DNA of 64,000 nucleotides. Source: Anthoceros angustus (Eukaryota > Plantae > Anthocerotophyta). Below the pieces are notes generated by a model. That model did no database searches and was not told the DNA's origin. It was given only the letters and a program-made list of their open reading frames with translations. The position numbers were made by a program, and so were the translations under genes. The DNA is taken from positions 62,001-126,000 of the forward strand of contig VJWM01000258.1 in the NCBI GenBank assembly GCA_010909165.1, given 5' to 3'. This document shows positions 25,786 to 37,384 of the stretch, one piece after another. Every line of letters starts with the position of its first letter. Within the stretch, counting starts at the first letter, position 1.

Positions 25786-26514
25786 CTAGGAGGAGGAAGG
25801 AGGAGAAGAACGATTCTGAGTGGTCCAGTTCTGGAGGCTGGTGATCTGGCCCTTGTTGAGGCGGACCCGGGGCCGGAGCTGCTTCATTATGTGTTCCCCG
25901 TCCTGCCATGTCTGGGCGAGGCCCAGGGCCATGAGCAGGGCACACATGACGGCCACGCTGCGGCCGTGCCCGAAGGCGCAGTGCACGAACACGGGGCGGC
26001 CCTGCTCGCGCTTCTCAGAGGCCCAGTCCACGGCGGTGCGGATGTCCTGCAGTCGGGGCCCGCGCGAGTCCCAGGTCGGCACGTTGAGGTAGGGCAGCGC
26101 CGAGATGCAGGCGGAGCGCGGAAGCTCGCAGGTGCAATCCACCACTGCAGGAGAGCCCGGCGGGACCTCCTCCCCTCGCAACGGCCAGCCTCCCACGTAC
26201 AGCCCCTCCGTCACCTCCGTGAAGACGGGCTCCCGGTTCTTGAGCCTCCGCAGAAGCACGTATCCTCGCAGCGCGTACAGGTAGGGGTAGAAGAGCAGAT
26301 GCGACCACAGGGGGAACCTGCCCTGCTCGCTCTTGCCGAAGAGCGCCGTGTAGTTGATGGCCGGATGCGAGCACACCGCCGCCGTAAGCCCCACAGCCGA
26401 CGCCTGCAGCAGGGCTGCGCGCACTGCGATCGGAACGCCCGCCTTGTTCTTCACCGACAGGAAGGAGCCGAAGAGCAGCGCGGTCGGCACCAGCACCACC
26501 TTGGTGATGCCCAT
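25786..26514 (-). CDS. Intronless dual-specificity phosphatase-like membrane protein (YnbD-like), 242 aa
   Basis: Hydrophobic N-terminus, EVTEGLYVGGWP, VVDCTCELPR, and an intact CX5R P-loop VHCAFGHGRS. Confidence 0.9.
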   Translation of the reverse strand: MGITKVVLVPTALLFGSFLSVKNKAGVPIAVRAALLQASAVGLTAAVCSHPAINYTALFGKSEQGRFPLWSHLLFYPYLYALRGYVLLRRLKNREPVFTEVTEGLYVGGWPLRGEEVPPGSPAVVDCTCELPRSACISALPYLNVPTWDSRGPRLQDIRTAVDWASEKREQGRPVFVHCAFGHGRSVAVMCALLMALGLAQTWQDGEHIMKQLRPRVRLNKGQITSLQNWTTQNRSSPPSSS

Positions 26515-26960
26515 TCCGCTCCTCCTCCTGCTGCTGCCGGTGCCGGTGCCGCTGATGCTGATGCCGATGCCGCCGCTGCTATTGGTGTCACCGCGTCCTG
26601 TTCATGGCCGCTTCCCACGCTTGTTCTCATCACTCTCCGCCGCACCGGCACCACCAGCCAATGCTTCCAGATCCCTTCCTCCCTGCGAACTGCTCCTTCG
26701 ATCTCCCATGCATGTACCTACGCCAGTGCTGCAAGACCTACCGGACGGCATTGCGTCTCGCTTTGCTGCATTCGGAGAGGCGCCACGTTTGGTTAACACC
26801 GTAAAACAGTGCGCCGTTAACCCTAATATGTCACAGACACGAACGAATTCCTCCGCGGCACTCCCGGTACCACGGTAGATTTGCGTCACAAATCAAGTCT
26901 CTGGCCAGCTCGTCATGCACAGCCTACATATGTATGTACCTAGCTACCGTACTAACTGAT

Positions 26961-28291
26961 TCAACTATCCTCGACTTGGGAGTGGAACACAAAACTGGGG
27001 AAGGATGTTGTGATGTCCCTGCAAGAGCAACAGCACAGGGTGAGGGCTTTGTTAGCGTGCACCATCCATAACATGACGCTAGCCTAGCCAGGCCTAGCTG
27101 TGAGTTGCAGCGGTGCACTTACTTCAGATATGGAAGGTACATGTTCTTCAGCAGTTGCGGGTATTTTATGACAAGACTTTGCCATTCTTCCTTGTCAATT
27201 TTACCGTCGTGTTTCGTGTCGGCTTCTTCAAATGTCTGAGGAGAGGAGAGGAAAGGAACCAACTTTGAGTTTTCTAGATCGTAAGTGTGCACAGAGATTC
27301 TCACAACTCGGTGCAAAGCAGATAAGGGTCGCGCTCCTACCTTATCCAGGATATCCTCAATGACATCATCTGTCAAGTTCACACCAGACTCTGCGAGAGT
27401 CGCCACAACCATCCTCTTAACCTGCAACGAAAGGATAAAACATAGTGAGAGACTCTTCTTACACTAAAGCAACCTTGGACTCTGACATCCCTACTCTTAA
27501 CACACCTCGTCCCGCTCGATGTAGCCGTGGTGCTGAAGGTCGTACAGTCGAAAAGCAACTGCACAGGCCAGGAAGGGGATCAACTTTTCAATCCAGAAGC
27601 ACCAGAACAAGAGGTAGTGCTGCTATCCAAGAGCCAGCCACTCACAGTCTATCTTGTCTTCCACTGCAGCGGACGGGTGGAATACTGAGAGAGCTCGCGC
27701 AAACTCTTCAAACCCTAAAAGGCCAGTGTGCTTGGTATCGAATAGGGCGAAAACCTGCACACACGGTGCCAACCATCATAAGACGAAGCAAAGTGACGCT
27801 CTTTCTCAGACCTATCCAGCAACACAGACGTGGGGCAAACAATGCAGCCGCAGCTCACCCGATCTGCAAATATGCTTTCCTTCTGCTTCTTGAAGAGGGC
27901 AAGTTGGAACTCCTCCTACAACCCGAAAGTAACAAACCAAAATTAGAAATCCTCTCGTCCGAACCAGAGTTGAAATCAAGGCGCGTGTAGTGAAAATGCA
28001 GCACCATGGTGCTCACCTTCTGAATCAGGCCATCATCTACGACAGTACTACTGATCTTCTTGAAGAGCTCATACAACGCCTCAATCTCACTCACCGAAAC
28101 TGCACATCACCAACACCTCCTCCTGCTCCCCTCAGATTGGGGCAGTCAACAACTCAACACACGTAGCAAATCATCCAAATCCGCTGCCTAGGCTGGAGTC
28201 GAAACAACTCACATGCAGTCTGGCGTGCAAGCTCCTGGGGATCATACGGCCTAGCTGACGGCGGAGCCTGCTTTGAGCTGAAACACCCCAT
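26961..28291 (-). CDS. CBL: Calcineurin B-like calcium sensor with N-terminal MGCxxS lipidation motif, multi-exon
   Basis: [82 protein letters not shown]-terminal [18 protein letters not shown] (FPSF motif). Confidence 0.93.
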
Positions 28292-29846
28292 GAGATGTCC
28301 AAGAACATGGTAACTGCACAGAGTGGCAACGTGCTCCAAACACCACATCATATTTCAGACGGTCACTCCCTCCCCCACCTGCGTCAATCGGAGCGACAGC
28401 TTGGCAATCAGGTGAGCTAGCGTGCATCAGCAAGCGCAAACACGGGTGCTTGATTACGCCGGTTGTGAACCCGCTCATGTTCTCAGCAGCCAGCAGATCC
28501 CCCAGACATACACAAAGCCCGCCCCACACACAAACACACACACCAGCTTCCAGCTCGCACACACACAAAGGGCTTCTCAACGACAGCCTAGGTTTTTTTA
28601 CCCTCCCAATACCGCGGACACGGAACAGACAATTCCGGATCCCTCCCAAAAAAAGACGGTGCCCTGGCAACTGCAACTATCGACAACTCTCCTCCTTCTC
28701 GTTCTCTCTCACCGGACGCCGCATCGCATGCCATCGTGCCGAGCCAAGCCACATGCATCGACAGCTGCCCGGCGCCGGGTGCATCTACCTACATACCACC
28801 CCGGCTCCCGAGTCCCGACCCGGACACGATGCTTCCGACCATGCCTCTCGATCACGCGCTCACGAATTCGCATCACTCACGGATGCTTCACTCAACGCCC
28901 GAGCCCGAGGTTTTTTGATGCAATTCCGCCAGGCCGAGAGGCGAGATTGTCCGGGAACGGGAAGAGGGACGGAATTGCAGGCAGGGCAATACGATGCAAG
29001 GCGCGAGGGGCAGCGTGTGAGAGGCAGGGAACAGGGACGCACCGCCACCGCATGCGGCCGGAGTCGCGGAGCCATGGCACCCGGTGGAGGCTACCTTGCT
29101 GGCCGTGGAGCTCCTGTCACAGCCGCGCTGAGCTGAAGACTGAGACTAGAACGAAGGTCTCTCTCTTGCGCCACCCGCAAGCTCCCCGTGACGACTGCAG
29201 CAGATAATGCAACGCACACCAGTCGTCAGGCCGGCTTCATCCCGTGCAGGTGCAAGTGCCAGGCCCAGGCGCGGCTGCTGCTGCTGCTTCCAGTCGGTCA
29301 TCGCCGGCGCGCCCTGTTGCACTCATTGGCAGAGAAAGCAGAGCTCCGGGCTGAGCCGGGTCGGCCCACACCCGCGGCATGGTCCCATTCACGACCCACC
29401 CCCCACGTGCTGGTCGCCTTCCGAGGTACCCACTACTGCTTCTGTAACGACATGTGTACCTCGTATGTATCATGTCCGCCACACGCTCCGGTTATACAGT
29501 AATGGAGATCGGCACCTAATAAGCATCTCCTCTTCGCCATCCCCTTCCTCTTCAGGCTTGGGATTGGTGCAAGTGCAGGGAAGCCAAATTTAACGCAATG
29601 GGTCCGTCTGGCTGGGCCGGCAGATGCAGTGCTTGCGACGGAGTCAGAGCTCACTGTTGGAGGTGTAGCGAGAGTGGCGCCTGTCGGAACTGGAATTGGG
29701 ATTGGGATTGGGATTGGGATTGTTGGATTGTTGCGGGGACGGGCAGAATGTCCAAACCCTACGATATGTGCAAATTTTTCATCCGGCAGGAGCATGTCGG
29801 GGATGTGAGAAAGGATACCGGACATGAATGATGTGTCTAAAATGAG

Positions 29847-32489
29847 ATGCAGCTGCCGGATGTGTCGATGCTGCGGCTGCCGGGCTCGTCGTGCATGGTT
29901 TGCTGCGTTGCTGCGGGAAACCATTCGCCATCCCGGGTGGATCGACGGCCTGGATTGAGGCTCACGGGGGCCAAGGAGCTGAGGTATGGCAGGCAGGGTG
30001 GGGTGGAGTCGGAGGACAGGGGTGTTGGTGGTGATGGCGTGGGAGGAAGAGGAGTCGTGGAGTTTTGGATGTTGCGGAAGCGGTGCGAGCAAGCGGAGCT
30101 CGGTGAGGCTGTGGACGCGTTGGAGCTGCTGGTGGAGGGGGGGTTTCGGGTGAGGTATACGGTCTTCTATCGGGTGCTGAGGAGGTGTATGGAACGGAAA
30201 GATCTTGGTCTTGGGAGGCGTGTGCATTCTCTGGCTCTGAGAAGGGGGTTGGGTAAGAATGCTTTCTTGGCCAATCACGTGATCGGCATGTATGCCTCTC
30301 ATGGGGAGTTGGAAGAGGCGGTGCAGGCGTTCGGAGAAGTGAGGACGCCCAGCGTGCACATGTGGGCTTCCATCATTCTGGCGCATGCCCGGCATGGGGA
30401 GCCCTGGGAGGGGGTTGGCTTGTACCGACGGATGCGGGAGGCGGGAGTTGAGCCGGATAGCAGGATTTTTGTGGCAGCTCTGAAGGCGTGTGCGGCTGCT
30501 GGGGACTTGGGTTTGGGGAAGGAGGTGCATGCTGATGTTCGGGAGAGTTCTGTGGAGGCCGACGTGTTTGTTGGAAATGGCTTGGTGAATATGTATGCTA
30601 AGTGCGGCAGCTTGGATGATGCTCGGAGAGTGTTTGACGGTTTGCCTGAGAGAGATGTGGTCACGTGGAATGCCATGATCGCAGGGTATTCTCAGCAGGG
30701 GCTTGCGGGAGAGGCCCTATCCCTGTATGCTACTATGCAATGTGAGGGCATCACTCCAGGCGATCGCGTCACCTTTCTGTGCCTGCTTCAGGCATGTGCG
30801 AGCTTGGGAGCAATGCAGCAGGGGAAGCAGCTTCACTCCCAGATTCGTGCCCAAGGGCTTGAGGCTGACGTGTTCATTGGCAGCTCCCTGGTCGACATGT
30901 ATGCAAAATGTGGTTGCTTGGACGAGGCTCGCAAAGTGTTTGACAGCTTGCCCAGGAGGGATGTGGTGACATGGACTGCGATGATTGCAGGCTATAGTCA
31001 GCAGGGGCGTGGGCAAGAAGCCCTCGCTCTGTATGCAGATATGCAACAGGAGGGCATCACTCCAGCGAACCGTGTGACGTTTGTGTGCCTTCTTCAGGCT
31101 TGTGCAAGTGCTGGAGCTCTCCAGCCTGGAAAGCACCTGCACTCACAAATTCAGGCCCGAGGCCTTGAAGGTGATTTGTTCATTGGAAGCTCACTGGTAC
31201 ATATGTATGCGAGTTGTGGGAGCTTGGAGGACGCTCGTAATGTGTTTGATGCTGTGCCCAGAGGAGATGTGGTGATCTGGAATGCCATGATTGCAGCATA
31301 TGCGCAGCAGGGGCTGGGGCGGGAAGCTCTTGCCCTCTATGCAAGTATGCAAGTTGACGGTGTCATTGTAGCTGATGACGTTACTTTTGTTTGCATCCTT
31401 CAAGCGTGTGCCAATGTGGGAGCAATTGGTCAAGGGAAGGAGCTTCACTCACAGATTCGCAAACGAGGCCTCGAAGGTGATACAGTCATTGGTAACAGTC
31501 TGGTGAATATGTATGCCAGATGTGGGAGGTTGGAAGAAGCTCGCGAATTCTTTGACAGCATGCCCAGACGAGATGTGGCAACGTGGAATGCTCTTTTGAA
31601 TGGTTATGCTGAACACAGTAAAACTGCCATGGCAATCTGGTGTTTTGAAGACATGGTGCAGCAAGGAGTTCAGCCAGATGAGACGACTTTTATATGTCTC
31701 CTTGTGGCTTGCAGTCATTCAGGTCTGGTGAAAGAAGGCCAGCAGTACTTTAGGATGATGGTGGAGGACTATGGGCTTGTGCCCACTGACTATCACCAGA
31801 GTTGCATGGTTGATCTTCTTGGGCGGTCAGGCCACCTGGAAGAGGCTGAGCATTTGCTGCAAACCACATCATTTGCGAATGACGTAGTAGGTTGGACAGC
31901 TTTGCTCTGTGCATGCAAGACCATTGGTGATGTAGAGCGTGGGCGTCGGTGCTTTGAACATCTGATAACAGTGGCACCCAAGGATGCAAGTTCATATGTG
32001 CTACTAGGGAACATCTACGCAAGTGCAGGCAGGTGGGATGATGTAGGCAGGATAGAAAGCTTGAGAAGGTCGTCAGGTGCTACAAAGAAGGCTGCAAAGG
32101 CGTGCATTGAAGTGAATACCGAGGTGCATGAATTCACAGTTGGGGAAGAGAGGTCTGACATCTCCTCAGAACTGAAAAGCTTGAATATGAGGTTGCAGGA
32201 GGAAGGAGGGCATGTACCACAAACCCATCTGGTGTTGAAGGCGTTATCTGACCAGGAGAAAGTGGATGCCTTATGTGGGCATGCGGAGAAACTGGCCTTG
32301 GCTTATGGCCTGCTCAACACACCAGATGGCACAACTTTGTTGGTCACCAAAAACCTTCGCATGTGCAATGACTGCCACAGCAGCACAAAGATCATGTCAC
32401 GACTCGAGAATAGAGAGATAATTGTGAGAGATGCACACCGTGTCCATCGATTTGTGGAAGGGGCTTGCTCCTGCAGGGATCGGCATTGA
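29847..32489 (+). CDS. Intronless PLS-class PPR protein with E1-E2 and DYW:KP deaminase-like domain ending in DRH (organellar RNA-editing factor)
   Basis: 880-aa ORF (true start may be a later ATG). 17 PLS repeats (L-S-P x4, L-S, P2-L2-S2), then E1 and E2, KKAAKACIEV in place of the PG box, HAEKLA, CNDCH, and C-terminal CSCRDRH. Confidence 0.97.
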   Translation: MQLPDVSMLRLPGSSCMVCCVAAGNHSPSRVDRRPGLRLTGAKELRYGRQGGVESEDRGVGGDGVGGRGVVEFWMLRKRCEQAELGEAVDALELLVEGGFRVRYTVFYRVLRRCMERKDLGLGRRVHSLALRRGLGKNAFLANHVIGMYASHGELEEAVQAFGEVRTPSVHMWASIILAHARHGEPWEGVGLYRRMREAGVEPDSRIFVAALKACAAAGDLGLGKEVHADVRESSVEADVFVGNGLVNMYAKCGSLDDARRVFDGLPERDVVTWNAMIAGYSQQGLAGEALSLYATMQCEGITPGDRVTFLCLLQACASLGAMQQGKQLHSQIRAQGLEADVFIGSSLVDMYAKCGCLDEARKVFDSLPRRDVVTWTAMIAGYSQQGRGQEALALYADMQQEGITPANRVTFVCLLQACASAGALQPGKHLHSQIQARGLEGDLFIGSSLVHMYASCGSLEDARNVFDAVPRGDVVIWNAMIAAYAQQGLGREALALYASMQVDGVIVADDVTFVCILQACANVGAIGQGKELHSQIRKRGLEGDTVIGNSLVNMYARCGRLEEAREFFDSMPRRDVATWNALLNGYAEHSKTAMAIWCFEDMVQQGVQPDETTFICLLVACSHSGLVKEGQQYFRMMVEDYGLVPTDYHQSCMVDLLGRSGHLEEAEHLLQTTSFANDVVGWTALLCACKTIGDVERGRRCFEHLITVAPKDASSYVLLGNIYASAGRWDDVGRIESLRRSSGATKKAAKACIEVNTEVHEFTVGEERSDISSELKSLNMRLQEEGGHVPQTHLVLKALSDQEKVDALCGHAEKLALAYGLLNTPDGTTLLVTKNLRMCNDCHSSTKIMSRLENREIIVRDAHRVHRFVEGACSCRDRH

Positions 32490-33869
32490 CAGCTTTCAGA
32501 GGACCTATGAGCAATTCATCTTCTGCTCCTGGGAAATTCACCTCCTGCTCAAATTCCGTCTCGTGCTCATTGGATAAGGGTTTGGGCCAGGCTTCTCGTG
32601 GCCTACTGTATCGGATGAGAGTTGGGATTCGGCTTACTTTATGACAAGGGCTTGACTGTGCTAGGGCACCCTTCTGATCCACTACAACACAGCTGGAAAA
32701 GACATTGTTGTGCACAACGCTCCAGGAAAACCCAACTGGGCATATATACTTGCCTATGTGCTTATGTCTGCAACTCTTCCACTGTAGAACAATCCAGATA
32801 GAGCAGCAGCTGCTTTGGGGACAACCTCTTTTTCTCCTGTCCTCCAGTCTAGTCAACAGGGTGAACAGAACAAGCGCCTGCTATCCTAACTTCAGGCACA
32901 GATCTCCAGGGAGCACCTGTGGCTCGGCAAGCGCCAGAAGCCCACCTCGGGGACATTGTGGGGCGGCAGCTATTGCAAGCCAGTGGTGTACAGCCAGATA
33001 GCCGGTACGGATTGTGCCTCTGGTGCAGGTTCAAGAGCAAGCCTATGACTACTTCTGTCCGTGAGCGGATGTTGCGAGGAAGCAGAGCTGCAGTTGTCGC
33101 AGTGTTTGATCGTCTGGCGCAGTGAGGATGTCACATGGCTCCATGTTTCATCTGTCTTGAGTACATGTATAGCATACAAGGATCTGGCTTGTGGTAAGTG
33201 CCTTACACTCAAAAACTGGGTCAAGGGCTTACTTTGCCATTCATGTCTTTGGAATGTTCTCCTTTCATGGCTAATGGGAGGATGCGGTGTAGAAGTGCTC
33301 ACACGAGGTCTTCTGTCAGCTCGGCACACATCACAGTTCATTGAGAAATGCCCGAATCAGGTTTTGTTCCAGGCAGCACTTTCAGTGTGTTGTCTGCCTA
33401 GCACCTGGTTAAGGGCAAAGAAGTCCATGCAAACATTCAGGGGAGTGTACATCTAATGAGCTATGTGGCCAGGGAGGGCGCAGCAGGTTAACACGGACGA
33501 GCTTGTCGAAAAAAGAAATGCAGCCTCTTTCTTAAGGCAAATAGACTGCAGTACGTTACAGCTCTGCCTGATACATGAGAAGATAAAGCACTGACAACTG
33601 CATTGTTTTCACAACAAGCACAAAATTGCCAAATGACTGCCGCAAGCTGCCTGGATTTCTGCCACATCTCCAAGCAAACAAAGTATAGCTAAACCTTGGC
33701 GTTTTCTCAGGAATCTCTGCGATCATCCTCCATTGCTAGATTCCATCCTGATCATGACCGTTTTACGTACTAGGCCCCAGCCGCAGTGCACACGATGTTC
33801 CGACAGGAAGTCACGTTACTTGCTGGCTGCACATAATTTTATCTACAAGGCTCCACGACGCTGCTGTCC

Positions 33870-35523
33870 TCACGCTCGAGACAAAACACCCTTGGAGCTG
33901 CAATATAGTTACGTGTCAACTACCATTTGCAGAGTGGACGGGCTTCTTGTTCGAGAGAAATGAGCATGCAACACAGCGGACCTTGGTATGCTGCTCCCTC
34001 TCCTGGAGTCGAACTCAGTTGCCTGTCTGAGAGCTCTCGCAAAAGCCTTAAATGTCGCCTCGATTATGTGATGAGAGTTTTTCCCTGCGAGCTGCCCACC
34101 GCTTTCAACATGATTACGCATACTAGATGGAAATAGTAGAAAGCAGCAATACCAATTCCACCTGCAAATAGCTGGGCTGTGAGGTGGCCAAACACATACC
34201 TGTCGGATATGTAGAGTCATGCCGGAAGTGTTTACAACAGATTGAAAGAAATGCTCAACCAACTGCTCCATCAATAAGAGCCATATATCTCCCCATTAGA
34301 CAACGGCACAACATGTTTGCACTACCACAATCTGCAGACTGTGGTGCCGTCTTGGACCAGGTGTGGTCGTCCTACCTGTGTATCGTACGTGCCTACTCGC
34401 TGTGTTGGAATCTCCACACCATAGCCGAGGTACGGTCTTCCAGACAAGTCCTGCAATCCAGGTTACTCAGGCCAGGGCTTAGAGACATGCTACGTACAAG
34501 CTGATAATGAGAGATGGCTACCGTCATCTGGAGGGAAGAGAATTACGAGGACGACATGAACGAGTGCCTCATCCAGAGGAGCCGAAAAGTCTCCAAATCG
34601 CTGGATTCCCTTTCGATCTCCGAGAGCTTTTAGCAAAGCCTGAGTCACACCTGCACCACAATCAGCTCATGGAGGCAACAAGGCAAGTAGCAGCATCATG
34701 TGGAAATTGCTGACCGTCCCAAGAGCTAGGGCGATGTCTTCGTTGCTGTGGTGGTCGTCAATGTGAATGTCCCCCTTTGCTTGTATATTCAGATCAAACA
34801 GACCGTGTGACGCCAATTGCTACCAACAGAACACGCGGACTCCATCACTTGTCAAGCACAGTCTTGAGAGCAGCGCAATAATACGAGCAAGGCATGTACT
34901 CACATCCAGCATGTGATCCAGAAAGGGAATTCCAGTGTCACATTTGCAAATCCCCGTACCATCCAAATTGATCTCCACTTCAACCTGGGTTTCCTTAGTC
35001 ACTCTCGACACTCTTCCAAAGCGCGCTATGATCAAAGATCAAGATCGCACACACTTCAGCCACATCTCGAAACCACACTGCCAAGGAGCAGATTCCGACC
35101 CAACACACCTGCACCTGCACCAGCATCCGCAAACGCTCCATTGGCGACCTGGTCGGGGACTGCCTTGGCCTGCCACCTCGGTCCGCATGCACGCCCCGAC
35201 GCAGCCACCAAGCCAACACCGACTCTGCGTTTGCTACATGCAGGGGACACCTCCTTCAGGGGCGAGTAGAGCAGGCAGTAGTCCCCGATCATGGACTCCC
35301 CTTCCTGCTCCTCGCTGCCGTCCCAGCCCCCTAGACCTGCTGCAGTGCGCTGCGGCTGGCTGGATAAACCCCATCCTACTCCCAAGCCCTCGCAGGCGTG
35401 CATCCCCAGCTTGCCCGCAGCCGCCATAGCCAGCACGCCCCGTCCATCTGACCTCCCTCCCCTGCCTGCAGAGCATGCCGCCCCACAACACGCCGAAGTC
35501 GCTGCTACGGTCGCCATCGCCAT
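33870..35523 (-). CDS. HISN5: Imidazoleglycerol-phosphate dehydratase (plastid His biosynthesis), multi-exon; start at 35523 or 35292
   Basis: [115 protein letters not shown]. Confidence 0.93.
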
Positions 35524-36940
35524 GGTCTCCTTCACGGATTTGGCACAATTCCAAAGAAACGTCTCCAGGGAGAAGAAAGGGTCGTATGAAACGCAGCGTG
35601 CGCGAGGTCTTTGCCAAGTGATGTGTTTCTCGGAAGCTCCCTGGTGCATATGGATGCTGCATGTGGGAGCTTGGGAAGCTCAAAATGTGTTTGGTTAGGA
35701 AATCTTGGAGATGTAGGTGCTGAAAACATCTCCAGGGCAATCTTGCAAGAAAAGTAGAAGGATGGTGCCAGGTAAGTCTCCAAAGGAAAACTCACAGCTA
35801 GCTAGCTCAGTTGGCTACCGAACTCCCTAGAGAGATTTCTACCGCGTCAGCTCTTCTGCGATCGTAATGATAAATGGTAATGACCGATCTAGAGTACTTG
35901 GCCCGATTCCGGCCAAGCAATTGCGGAAAATCATAGTGTGCGTTTTACAATGTCAAAAAATATAGAAAAATACGGATACGTCTCTTCAGTTCCAATTTAC
36001 CAGACATCAACTAAAATTTGTATAAACTACGTAAACGAGCTTGTATGAAACCCTAAGACCAGAGTTCGGAATTGCAAAATGCTCTCCCGGACAGTTTGGC
36101 ATCTAGATAGGGTGGTGGTCAGACAGCAAACCGTACACAAGAAACAGAGTGTTTGCCCGACACTTCTTCTAGCTATGGCGATAAAAGCAGCCCCTCAGTT
36201 GGGGCCCATCTTGCAAATAGCAGCCGCTATGGCTGCTTGACTTGCCCGGCGTGCCTTCCTAGCAGCTTCTTTTCCAACTGCAACCTGAGCTCTCAATGCC
36301 AACTTTTGTGCAAGAGCTTCCTCCCTCCTAGCCCTTTTGTCTGCAATTTCCAACTCCTTTTTCTGGGTTTTTGCTAATGCTTCCTTTGCTTTCCGTTTTG
36401 CAACTTCAATCTTCTTTCGTTCAATTGCAACTTGCCTTTCTAACCTTTCTACTGCTTTCCTTGCTGCAAATGCCTCCCTTTCAGACATGTAGACTATCTC
36501 CTTTGCTCTCTCTACCAAGATGAGTGCGTCATAATTGCTCGTTGGAAGGCCTTACCTCTTCAACCAGGTTGTGTGCGTGGAGGATGGTGAGAAGTAGTGC
36601 TCGAGATAGCCTCCATACAGGCGGTCATCTCTGCTGGCAAGAGTTCCAAATCATTCGAGCTCTGAAAATAGTACCTCAGATGATTTGATGTGGTGGATCC
36701 AAATCTATCATGACCAAAGATATTTAACTTTATATAGCAATACCTATGGCATAAGGAACGCTAGAGCTTCTTTGAAACCCAATTCTTATGTCCGAGTTTA
36801 AACGCCATGGAGGCCAATTCCGGTTTATGGTCCGTCTGGAATCGGGCCAAGTACTCTACTTCTCCTAGAGAAGGTAAGATCTCTACAAAATGAAAGTCAT
36901 AAATGTGAAGGAAATATAAAGTTCAAAAAAAAGAAGATTA
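35292..36940. repeat. IGPD 5' leader/promoter block, copy 1 of a direct duplication (interrupted by a 965-bp TE)
   Basis: Colinear and strongly similar by eye to 46988-47790 once 35892-36856 is removed, e.g. CCAAGCCCTCGCAGGCGTGCATCCC and GGTAAGATCTCTA.AAAATGAAAGTC. Confidence 0.85.
35892..36856. mobile_element. 965-bp non-autonomous DNA transposon with 19-bp perfect TIRs and TA TSD
   Basis: TIR GAGTACTTGGCCCGATTCC (35892-35910) and GGAATCGGGCCAAGTACTC (36838-36856). TA on both sides; the paralogous empty site at 47709-47710 has a single TA. Internal coiled-coil ORF fragment at 36195-36518. Confidence 0.85.
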
Positions 36941-37384
36941 TATCATAACTAGGTTTTGAGCCAGTAAAGAAGTAGGTACCAAATTAAGCCAACTATTAGC
37001 TAGGGCTCATAGGCGGCCTTCTTCAAGTAACCTAGCTATTAGTTAACAACCCATGGGCTGATTTAAGATTTTCAAGATCGAAGCTAAGAAAAGATGTGAG
37101 GTGGAAGAAGTGAATCAATGCTAGTTTAAGGTTTTGAAGAATGTAAAGGATGATCTGAAGGGACACAAGAGAAAAAGTATATTTTTTTGAGAAGATGAGC
37201 GTTATTAATTTAATAAAAATAATGAACAGATGCATGTGTCTGAGAAAACAAGACAAGTTTGCGATGATCCAGATCAATCGAATGGTTGATCATTACAAAT
37301 ATAGGAAGATAAATATTATTTCAAGAAAACGAGAAACTATATGCGGTGATTGAACCAAGTCTTGATCCAACTACAAGTACTACT

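Noticed and set aside
25786-26514. Bacterial horizontal transfer of the YnbD-like phosphatase
   Set aside because: Similar genes are widespread in plants as far as I recall, and nothing in the sequence alone supports recent transfer.
25720-26796. 358-aa plus-strand ORF
   Set aside because: Antisense shadow of the GC-rich phosphatase CDS.
28422-29593. Long plus-strand ORFs between CBL and PPR
   Set aside because: GC-rich 5' UTR/promoter region of divergent genes, with no domain similarity.
29433-30530. 365-aa antisense ORF
   Set aside because: Shadow of the GC-rich PPR 5' region, with no recognisable motifs.
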